The position numbers were made by a program, and so were the translations under genes. From NCBI GenBank assembly GCA_030390025.1, contig CM059432.1, forward strand, positions 132,558,001 to 132,622,000: a stretch of DNA of 64,000 nucleotides, given 5' to 3'. The DNA is from Squalus acanthias. Its lineage: Eukaryota. The notes under the pieces are model-generated. The model was not told the DNA's origin, ran no database searches, and was given only the letters and a program-made list of their open reading frames with translations. Position 1 is the stretch's first letter; the number at the start of each line of letters is the position of its first letter. Below are positions 11,941 to 22,577 of this stretch, piece by piece.

Positions 11941-14900
11941 ATGTGCAAGAGGCCAAAATTGTGCGTGTCGTGTGGGGGTGAATTGGTCACACAGTGGTCC
12001 ATTGGATGCCAGTGCCATTGAGAGTTCAGACTGTGATTACAGATCTCAGTTCACATTGGGGAGCTCTGGCAGAAACTATAGATGAAAAAGTAATGAATAG
12101 GATATAAGCCTGTCTACTCTTAATTCAAAGTTGTTTAATCCAAATAATTGGAAAATTCAAATGTTTTTATTGCAAAAAGAAGTGACTTTGCATTAGCAGG
12201 ACTTCTGCTCTTAAAATGCACATTTTAAAAATGAAACTTAGTCTAGTGCAGCAGATCTTTCTTCATTTCTCCTGTGGATAACCACTCAAAACAGGAGAAC
12301 ACTCACCATAATCTCCTAACAGTAGTTTTTTTATAAGTTTTTAGCAACCTACTGTATAATTTAAAAAAAACACCGTTCATATTTGTAATATATCTGGAAT
12401 AAACCAAATAGATCTCAAGTGTATGTATTTTGGTGCAAAAACATGTCAATGTTCCCTGAAAGCGTTATCCCCATGAAACTTTCAACCTTGTAATACCCTA
12501 ACCTTCAAATGGTTAAAATCATGGTTGATTGAGGTAATTTGTTGCTTCCTCCCATTCCTCCCCTCCCACCGTTCCTGCCAGCGATATGCTAATGTGTCAC
12601 ATTAAGCAACTTCGGGTCCCTGATGGCGAGTTCCTGCTATTGACCAGACTTTGATCTAATTTGAATGAGCACCTAAGCGTCAGCAGCAGTCAGTGCTTTG
12701 CTGATTAGGGCACCTCCGAACACTTAGTGACAACCTTGAAGCGGTGCAGTTTCACAAGGGCATTGAATTGACACGGAGCAGCTTGATAAACAACAACAAG
12801 CCCGCACACTGCATCATAGGTTACCGACCAATCTGTGATTTCTATGATGCAATGCAGCAAACAGGCCCAATCACTTCAGGTCCCAGTCAGTAGGAATAAC
12901 ACAGCCAATAAGAGGAAAGTTATTACAGGTTGACGACAAAGAAATATGGTGAAATATAATCTGTTCCGATTTATGGCATGGAATGCTAAACCAGGATTTG
13001 TGTAAATCTGAATTTAAGGCGGAACCTCCCGTTTTCTGCTTGGCGCACTGAACTCTAACATTCCCGTTTCAGAATTCTCTGAAATATTTCATCAGGCCAC
13101 TTCCCAGCTCACAAATAAATCATTTCATTGTGCTAATTTACTTGCCAAAAAAAATTCTGAATTAGCCCAAATTCACTCATCAGTTTCTTTGAAATTAACG
13201 TGTATAGATCACTGGGAAAAGAAAACGTGTAGCTTAACATTTCAAGCAACATAATTGTTCCTAATTATTTTTTTCTACGTACCCACCCCCCTCATTCACT
13301 TTATTGGCACCAATGGATTTGCCAAAGGGAATCCTCTGAGCTACCATGCTCAGAAGATAAAGAGGTCCTATAGAGTGATGCCTTACAGGTGCCCCTTGTC
13401 CTCTTGTTGGCACTCACACGCCCACATCTGCAGGAAGAGATAAAATAACCTAATATTGGTACATGCAATGCTGGTGGAGGCTCCTCTTTCCAAAAGGGAG
13501 CTGTGGCTGCAGACATCAGACCACGTCGCCATGATATGCGAAATCCCAACTAACCATTCTGCTAGATGGTTCTTCAACAGCAACCCAAGCACAGCATGCC
13601 AACATGGTGCTGCGGGAAAGAAAGCATGCCAGGGTGACCTAGAGCCAGCATGGCCCAATTTGGCCGCACTATTTCTGCAGACGTTGGCACACCCACCGAC
13701 CAGTAACATAGGGACCTGCCTTCTTGGGGTCTGGGTTAGCAAAGAGGAGATGCAAAACCTGTACCATCTGCTGCTACGAGACCATGCAGTTTAGGGCTGA
13801 CGCATGCTGGGATAATATCAGCCCGCTGTGGCCTGCAAATTAGCTGCACCCCCATACAGACATGCAGTAATGTTGAGCGAGGAAGATTTTTTTTTTAATT
13901 GCTCTCCCGTTTTACATGGGTTGTACACCAATCACTACTCCAATAGATATGGAAATGAGCTGGTCCAGGAAATTCTGCTGTCAATACCTCTCCAGACCAT
14001 CAGCAGGCAAAACTAATTTTCCTTTGGCGTAAAAGTGTCACGGCTCACTGTGTGGAATCTCCAGGCCACAGTCTTGTCAGTCCCACATGAACAAATCCAT
14101 TTTCTGGCATTTCTGGTACGGTTGATGCGGTGATGTGTGAGCTTATTTCAAAACAACAATACAGCCATTCACAAACTGAACGAACTTTTCACAAACAATG
14201 CTATCAGTTCATTCTCTGTGTCTATCTTGTCTCTGCATTTGTTTATGAATGTGATGTGTAAGTGATGGTTTGCCACCAATCATTATACAATATGGCCCCT
14301 ACACCATTCAGCAGAAAGTTTTCTCGGCCCTAGAAATTCGTCGCCGGCGGTGGTGCAAAACGGGTGGTATCGGAGCGGCCGCCCGTTATACACAGGGCCT
14401 GAGATTCAGTTCCACTGCAGTCAATGTCTTTTAGGATTGTCGAATTTCAGAACGGGTTCTTCTATTAACAGTTTTCTATATTTCTTCCTGCTTGTGATTC
14501 CAACTCCGATCAGTATCTTTCTTGAACTGATTTTCTAAGAGGTAAAACTTTTCTCAAAATATTCGGTATGAATTTACCAAGGTAATTGACTCAACTGAGG
14601 AATCTCACATCTTTCTTTTGCACTGTGGACATGGAATGTGCTCAGTAAGTGAGACTGTCAAATTGTCAGGGTTACTCATTTTCACCAGTGATGGTCTATC
14701 ACCAAGTTTGTTTATTTACCTCCCTGTAATATTGTCCGCCTCTGTCTTTACCCCACCCTTACCACCACTGAAACTCGGATCCATAATTTTTACCACTTCC
14801 AGGGTCATATTGAATGTTCTCTTTACTAGCCTCCTAAGCTCCATCATTCACAAACATCCAACTCATTGGCTGCCTGCATCCCTTCCCATTGTTATAGATT

Positions 14901-15029
14901 CGGGCCTGCTATAGATACCATCTCATGTTCAGTGGCCTCAGTCGCTCACTTAAGTGGGAGATGACTCACACTGCCCTATAACTAGTTGTACAACACCATG
15001 CTAGCTCTCATGCCTTGGAGTCATATATT

Positions 15030-15368
15030 TGGATGGTTGATTGGTGATTGGGGCTATCCCCTGCAGTCATGACTGATGACTCCAGTAATGTTTTATTGGC
15101 AGAGGGGGAGAACACATATAATAAGGCCCATACCACCACAAGAGGTGTCATAGAGCAGACTATAGGAATTAGCAAGTCCTGTTTTGGGTATCTGGACACA
15201 TCTGTGGAGCCCTGCAATACAGTGAGCACGTCAAGAATCATTGTAGCTTACTGCATTCTGCATAATATCGCAGTGAAGAAAGGCTTTCTGCTTCCAGAGG
15301 CTGAAGGCGACTATGATGAAGAGAGAATGGAGGGACCTCACTCCCCACAGCATGAGCAGGGTGTATAG
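15030..15368 (+). pseudogene. Harbinger/PIF (HARBI1-like) transposase C-terminal fragment
   Basis: GWLIGDWGYPLQS*LMTP then YNKAHTTTRGVIEQTIG...SRIIVAYCILHNIA plus acidic tail. Contains a stop and a frameshift. Confidence 0.85.
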
Positions 15369-15450
15369 AAAGAAAAGGACATGGGGCAGGATAGCCAGAG
15401 AGAAAAAGCAAACACAGAAATTAACTCAGAACTCTATCTGCACAAACTAT

Positions 15451-16205
15451 GGCCCGTAATTTCCGATAGGAGGCTTCCTGCGTGGCAGATGCCTCCTAAC
15501 GGAAAAAAATCTATACTCTTACCTGAGGGCTCCCGAGGTCCGGTCACTTCCGCTCCTGGGCCTCTCCACAGTCGAAATGCGCAGGGCCCAAGTATCCCAG
15601 GGGCTCAGGCGGTTCGCAAGCGTCCCTGGGATCACATGGGCCATGGGGAGCCAATGGGAGAAGGGAATCTCCCTTCATACTTTTGACAGATAGACCCGTC
15701 AAAAGTATGAATGGAGATCACCCCAAAAACACATCAAACATTAAATAATTTTTTTTTGAATCACGTTTATAAAATGAGTTAAAATTACATTAAATTAAAT
15801 ATTTTAAACAAAATTTAATTTTTTGAAAAAATAATTAAAGTTTTTTACAGGGCTAAAAATAAACTTACCTTTTTTAAAAGTATTTTAAAATTATAAATGA
15901 GTGAAATTTTTTTTAAAAACTTTTTAAAACTCTTATGCTGGTAAAAGCAGGTCTTACGCCTGCTTTTACCAGGCTTAAGATTTCTAAGGGTTTTCAGCGG
16001 GCGGAGGTTCTGCAGAAAGCGGAACTATCCGCCCGCAGAGGCCCTTCTCCAGGGCAGGCGTCCGATCTGTCAAGAGCATTCCTGACAGATCGGAAATACT
16101 GGTTTTCAGCGTATGCGCTTCACATGCCTGAAACCGGCATTTCTGATGTCCCTACGGGTGTGTACACAGCACGTACACACCCGTAGGGATCGGAATATAC
16201 AGGCC
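15451..16205 (+). mobile_element. Non-autonomous TIR element with 8 internal hairpins and an AT-rich core
   Basis: TIR ggcccgtaatttccgat / atcggaatatacaggcc. Colinear relative at 49984-50719. Confidence 0.85.
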
Positions 16206-16306
16206 ATTGTTTATTTTACAGGGCAACATATTCTATTCTATTTTACAGTGCCAAAAATTCCAATCACTCTATCTGCAACTACTTCCTAACACCATTTCAA
16301 CCCTTT

Positions 16307-18034
16307 GGGCTGGATTTTACCAACCTCGCTGAGTCCGTGGCGGGTGATGTCGATGGCGGATCCCGACTCCACTGCTGGCTCCAGCCCACTGTCCAAAATA
16401 ACTTTCCCCTGATAGAGCTTGTTAAGTCTACTCAGCGCGTTTGCCAGCCAATTGAAGGAAGCGGGTCTGGTGATGTCATTTGATGACGCGTCATCAGCCA
16501 GTTTCCTTAAAGGGACCGTGCACAAATTGATTTTGACATTTGTGCTGTCAGTGTTCTACAGCATTGAGGTGCTGCAAACACTGACAAGCACTGCACAAAG
16601 ACACAGGGCTGCACCCAGGCTCGCCCATGACTCCCTCCATATGCCTTCCAATGGGCGGAAGAGACCTCCCCAGGAGACCACGCAGCCTGGTTGCACATTG
16701 CACAGGAGGCCACAAGCAGGGATGTGGTCAGGAGGACCAGGCTGCAGTGGTGCAAACCTTTCAATGATCTCAGTAGATCACGAAACATTACTGCACAGCC
16801 ACACTCAACCTCATCCTGCTGTGCCGCTCATCACATCCCCATCACTCTGCCTTCCCTACCCTACACCTGCACATCCTTACTCACACCAACTCACCTTGCA
16901 CCTTCACCCATCCCTCTCTATCCACATTATCACTTCCCCATCTCACTAGCCACCCCTCATACTCACCCTCATCCTAGTGCAATCATACCAACTAACAACA
17001 CACAAGGGTAGGCACTTGTGTGTTTTAGCCAATGTTCATGTGAAGTTTCTGTTAATGTGCTGTCAAACATTGAAACCTTTATTTTCAACACTTTGACTTC
17101 TTGGACAGATTTGTGTGCACCTTTGAAAGTGGCTTAGTGAGTTTCAGTGAATGTTGAAACTTAATGGTACCCCCGCAATGGTGATGAGTGTGAAAGGAAT
17201 GGCTTGGACATTGTAGGGATGCTTTATGGTGTTGGTGTGGGGTGGTGCCAACCTGGTGCACCATATGGCAGCCAGGGTGTACAGCGTCAAGTGAAGTAAA
17301 TATGGCCATGGTGAGGCCATCCCTGGCGTCCCGGGCAGCAATGTGCTCAGGTGCTGATGCCCTGTGTCCTGTGCAGCATCAGTTGCTTGTGGAGAAGGTT
17401 GGTGTTATTGTTGGTGTTGCTGGTGTTGGGGCTGATCGTGGTGGGATTTTGAGGACCAAGGTGAGATAGTTTCAAGGGCACCGATGCTGATGTAATAGAT
17501 GGCAGGTGAAGTTGAGATGACAGAAGCGATCTGTGAATGGTGAGAGAGGTTGTTCCAATGAGGTGACACTGGATTCAGAGTTTACTCCAAACATTTGCAA
17601 CCTGCATAAAGCTCAATCTGTCTTCCAAATGCAGTAAGCAACAGCTTCTGAGCTTGGAAAGTGAACAGCTGTGAGATGGGAGCTTTTATAGCACATTTGC
17701 GGCTGTCAAATAATGAGATGATTCCCTGGCCATTCAACTCCCGGCCTGCTTACCTGACGTGATCCCAGAACAGTGTAGACCCCATGGGCGACCTGTTAAA
17801 CTCTGAAGGTGGACTCAAAATAGTTCTTAATGGTCTGTTAACAAGGTCATAATGAGTTGAATTGCCTCCCCCGCTGCTGCGTGTCGGGTCTGTTCTGCGT
17901 TGACAGACCCGACCTTTGGGAAATGCGCGTGGTGGTGGGTTGACAGCGGGGTTCCGACCCGCTGCCAAAAAAAAACATTTTCCCACCCGACCCGCCACCG
18001 ATCGCACCTGCTGACCCCCCGAAAACCTCCCCCC
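16307..18034 (+). mobile_element. Internally deleted Harbinger-type element, copy A (Myb remnant on +, transposase termini on -)
   Basis: End gggctggatttt, TTT on both flanks, WLHIAQEATSRDVVRRTRLQWCKPFNDLSR Myb remnant. Aligns by eye with copies B and C. Confidence 0.85.
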
Positions 18035-18099
18035 TTTGTGTCAACTAATTTACTTGCTTGTGGTCCTAATCTAACACTCCTACATGGTACTCTCTCAGT

Positions 18100-19297
18100 G
18101 AGATGAGTTGAGCGGTGGGTGGCTGGGGTGGTCCTCCAATGCCCAAGAGGCCTGAGGTGACTCTCGTTTCATGGAGGCAGCTGTCCCAGAGGACTAGCTT
18201 CTGGCAGACTTTCTCTTGTAGCAACAAGTGAGTACCAGGGCCATGTCTGAAGCTCCCTACGTTGGCACTGGAGGAGGCCTTGAGGCAACACGCACAAAGC
18301 CACCCTTTGGAGAGACAGTGACATCTGTGTCCACTCCTTGCAGCTCACTGGAGCTGTGCACAGACTCAGAGGCTGGTGGGCCAAATAGTTTAACCAGGGA
18401 GTTGCAAGCCGTGTGAAAGTGTTCTGTTCAAAGCATCTTCGGCAACACATGTTAGCTGCCAATCCAGCAGCCATCAATGTCCTTAGAAGCAAGTTCTGAT
18501 GTCTGGATGCTGCAGAAACCTCCCAGGCTGCCACAGTCTCCAAGGTCTTCTGCAGGTTGTGGGAAACCTCCCCGGGATGTGTTGCAGATACTGCTAGTGG
18601 ACTCCTCCCATTTGCCCATCATCTCAACCATATTTGTGGAAACAGTCTCCACTGCCTCGTCAGATCAATGCTCCCTAACACAGCTCTTTCGAAGACTGGG
18701 TCCCTAGGCTCCTCAGCCAAGGGAAGTTGTTTCTCAACTCTCCGCGGAGGAATTGCACTCCCTCTCTTTTCCACTCCCAGCTTCTCATGCTCACCATGCT
18801 CAGTGCCTCACCAGCAACTTCTTCGTGAGTGGGTGTCTCTCTGCTGGTGCTCGCACAAGTAAGATGCCATGATGGCGTTAACGAGTGAGTGGCAGTAGTT
18901 GAAGCTGTGGATCTGGCAGCAAATTCCTACAGTGGAACCTTTGGTGGAAGTTAAACGTACCCCCAAGGAGCATGGTAGGGTAGGAGGTGAGTAGTAGAGG
19001 ATGTGTATTGCCAGTGTACCTTGACTTACCTTGGTCATCCTTGTGGAATCATTGAACCTCTTCTTGCACTGTGAGGCAGTTCTTGGGCTGGTGCAGGTTG
19101 CACTGACTGCCTCTGCCACCTCCCTCCAGGCAGACTGCACTATCCCCATATGGGACCTCCTGCCCTCTTCTGGCCCTCACTTTAGCCAGCAACACCTCCA
19201 GAGATACATCTGAGAATCTGGGAGGCCCGTGCAGCTGCTGATCACCCCTTGCTCCCCCATGAGGTGCTGTTGCTGCTACCTCAAACATTTCTGCCAT
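18100..19297 (-). pseudogene. Decayed Harbinger Myb/SANT-like DNA-binding gene
   Basis: PPRFSDVSLEVLLAKVRARR / AWREVAEAVSATCTSPRTASQCKKRFNDSTRMTK|gtaagt (exon ends 19030), with a frameshift. Downstream coiled-coil-like segment at about 18450-18700. Confidence 0.75.
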
Positions 19298-19372
19298 TCT
19301 TCTTCCTTCTGCTTGGAAAATGATGCTCCCCTTGAACTGGCTTCAGCCTTTAAAGGCTGTACTGAACTATAT

Positions 19373-19835
19373 GCAACACGGTGGCATAGTGGTTAGCACT
19401 GGTGCCTCACAGCACCAGGGACCCGGGTTCGAATCTGGCCTCGGGCGACTGTCTGTGTGGAGTTTGCACATTCTCCCCGTGTCTGCGTGGGTTTCCTCCG
19501 GGTGCTCCGGTTTCCTCCCACAGTCCAAAAATGTGTGGGTTAGGTTGATTTGGCTATGATAAATTGACCCTTAGTGTTAGGGGGGGATTAAATATGTGGG
19601 GTTATGGGGATAGGATGGGATATGTTAGGGGGAATTAAATACAGGGATAGGGTGGGATATGTGTCGGTGCAGGCTCGATGGGCCGAGATGGCCTCTATCT
19701 GTACTGTGGGGATTCTGTGTGAGGAAAGCAGGGACTGGATTTGGATGATCAGCCATGATCGTATTGAATGGTGGAGCAGGCTCGACGGGCCGAATGGCCT
19801 ACTCCTGCTCCTAGTTTCTATGTCTATGTTTCTAT
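19373..19835 (+). mobile_element. HE1-type V-SINE followed by a second CR1-type 3' tail
   Basis: tRNA head (TGGCATAGTGG, GGTTCGAATCT) and V-domain tgtgtggagtttgcacattctccccgtgtctgcgtgggtttcctccggg. First tail ends near 19718, second spans 19720-19835. Confidence 0.88.
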
Positions 19836-20504
19836 ATTTCTCTCCCTTACAATGATGGTAAAACCTATCAGGAACGGTATTACCGCTCTAGATCCGCCCA
19901 GCAGAGTAAATGAGGGCCCCGGAAGTAGGCAAGCTGGTGGCTAATATTTCTGTGGTGGTGCTAATCCACAAGAGATGGGGAGTTCAGCTCATTATGTCCT
20001 CATGGGGATGATAAGAGGTCATGTGAATTCAACTGCATGCACAGAGGTGGGAAGAAGGTTAATCTGTAAAAAAAAAAGGCACAATATTTAATGAAAATGA
20101 TTTGAAACACAAGAACATACTGAACTGAAATTCAGCGCATATTATGGTGTGACTGAATAGCAATAATGAATTACTTGTGCAATGTTTCAACCTTTTCATG
20201 TGCTTCAATCACTTGGCTTGTCCTTGGCTGGGAATGACCTTGGAGCTGCTCCCACTCCACCGACATAACTTGGCCGGTAGTGCAGCGGAAGCCCCGGTGA
20301 AGTTACGGTGATGGAGCAGGAGCAGCGCCAAGGAAATTCAAGTCGGCACATAGATCATAACCACCGCTCCCATTTTCTCGGACAGCAGGTGCTGGTAATG
20401 GTTCTGCTGTTGCCATTTACACCTCCTCTTGTCCCATTACCACCCATTTTTGCCGAGCATCATCATCCCTTTTGTCATTTATTCACTCCTGCCCTTCACC
20501 CTAT

Positions 20505-21170
20505 CATAGACCTTATAGGATTACACAGGATATACGGCACAGAAACAGGCCATTCGGCCCAACCAGTCCATGCTGGTGTTTATGCTCCACTCGAGCCTCC
20601 TCCCGTCTTTCCTCATCTAAATCTATCAGCATAACCCTCTATTCCCTTCTCCCTCATATGCTTGTCTAGCCTCCCCTTAAATGCATCTATACTATTCGCT
20701 TCAACCACTCCCTGTGGTAGCGAGTTCCACATTCTCACCACTCTCTGGGTAAAGAAATTTCTTCTGAATTCTCTATTGGATTTCTTGGTGACTATCTTAT
20801 ATTGATGGCCTCTAGTTATGCTCTTCCCCACAAGTGGAAACACTCTCTCTGTATCCACTCTATCAAAACCTTTCATAATTTTAAAGACCTCTATTAGGTC
20901 ACCCCTCAGCCTTCTTTTTTCAAGAGAAAAGAGACCCAGCCTGTTCATCCTTTCCTGATATGTATACCCTCGCATTTCTGGTATCATCCTTGTAAATCTT
21001 CTTTGCACCCTCTCCAGTGCCTCTATATCCTTTTTATAATATGGCGACCAGAACTGTACGCAGTACTCTAAGTGTGGTCTAACCAAGGTTCGATAGAGGT
21101 TTAGCATAACCTCCCTACTTTTCAATTCTGTACCTCTAGAAATAAACCCTAGTGCTTGGTTTGCTTTTTT
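20505..21170 (-). mobile_element. CR1 LINE 3' portion with open ORF2 C-terminus
   Basis: ANQALGFISRG...LVRPHLEYCVQFWSPY...LFSLEKRRLRGDLIEVFKI...WNSLP in ORF 20613..21311. Confidence 0.93.
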
Positions 21171-21171
21171 T

Positions 21172-21360
21172 AATCCCCTTTTGTTCTTTCCTCCGCCCTC
21201 CCCCCTCATTCCCTGCCTTTGTATTTGCTTAAAAACTGTTACATCTCTAACTTCTTCCAGTTCTGACGAAGGGTCACAGACCTGAAACGTTAACTCTGTT
21301 TCTCTCTCCACAGATGCTGCCTGACCTGCTGAGTGTTCCCAGCATTTTCTGTTTTTATTA
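21172..21360 (+). mobile_element. Solo Penelope terminal-repeat fragment with minimal hammerhead motif (21259-21295)
   Basis: AGTT-CTGACGA-A-GGGTC-aca-GACCT-GAAACGTT-AACT; flanks similar to 6380-6550. Confidence 0.85.
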
Positions 21361-21949
21361 CATATCCATCCTTGCTTTGTTCCATGTTTCTTTTCTTGTT
21401 ACACAGAACGTTCCTAGCCAATGATCTCTGCAAGAAAAGCTTCCCATGTTTGTTCCATTATGTACATATGGGCAATATCTTCAAACTGCATGAGTAATTA
21501 AATGAGGCAAAATGGTAATTAAAGTTACTGACATTTCTCCCGCTCAGCATTTTTCCTTTTTCATTATTTATGCACTTTAGAATTGCACTACATGCGTTGT
21601 TTCAGGGGTGAGCCCCACACAGGTTAATCTTGTCACATATTTGTTGGCAAAACAGCTGGTTGGTGGGGAATGTTTGTCCTGCTTGGCTGATCAAAAGAAA
21701 AAAAAAATAGATTCACGTATAAATAAAGTGGCATCCTGGGATTAACACTTTAACCCTCTGAGTGCCAGAACAGCATTTCTAGCATCAAAACTGAAAGACT
21801 AAACAAGACCAAATCATCAGCTCCATTGATAGATTGAATTAAAAAAAATAAACGCTTAATAATGCTGGCGAGCAAAGTAGGATTTTAGTCTGTGGTTTCT
21901 CTGCTCAGTGCATACAGATGTCACATACCAAACATCGCACTTTGTTGAA

Positions 21950-22550
21950 ATCATAGAAGTTTACAGCACAGAAGGTGACCATTTGACCCATTGTGCTGGC
22001 TCTTTGCTCGAGCAATCCAAAACTAGCCCCGCCCTCTTCCATAGCCCCGTATTTGCATCTGCTTCAAATATTTATCCTTAAAAGATGCAATGCATCCTGC
22101 TTCAACCACTCTCTGTGGCAAAGCATCCCATGCTCTGACAATCCCTTTGCATAAAGGAATTTCTCCGACCCTCTCTCCTCACTGGCTTAGTGACAGTTAT
22201 AAATTGATGGCTCCTCATCACTAGCTCTGCAATTTTTCCCTATTCACCATCAAAACTCTTTATAATTCTAAAAGCCTCTATTAAATCTTCTCTTAGCCTA
22301 CCCTGCTCCAATGGAAATAGTCCCAATATCTCAAGTCTGTAGTCTCTCATCCCGGGCATCATCCTGGTGAATCTACACTATATGGTTTTTATAGCTTTAA
22401 TGTATTTTCTTTAATGGGGTGTCCAAAACTGCAAACAGCTCTCTAACTGTGGCCTAACCAATGTTTTGTGTTAATTCCTCATTACTTCTTTACTCTTGTA
22501 GTCTGTATCCCTATTTGTGAAACCCAATTTTCTGCTGACCTTTTTTATGA
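21950..22550 (-). mobile_element. Old CR1 LINE 3' fragment
   Basis: catagaagtttacagcacagaagg tail plus degenerate ORF2 C-terminus. Confidence 0.75.
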
Positions 22551-22577
22551 CCAACACTCACCTTGTCAGGGAACTTT

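Noticed and set aside
20613..21311. 232-aa ORF as a real fusion protein
   Set aside because: Chance junction of an antisense Penelope repeat with a truncated CR1 ORF2; it starts at a non-ATG codon.
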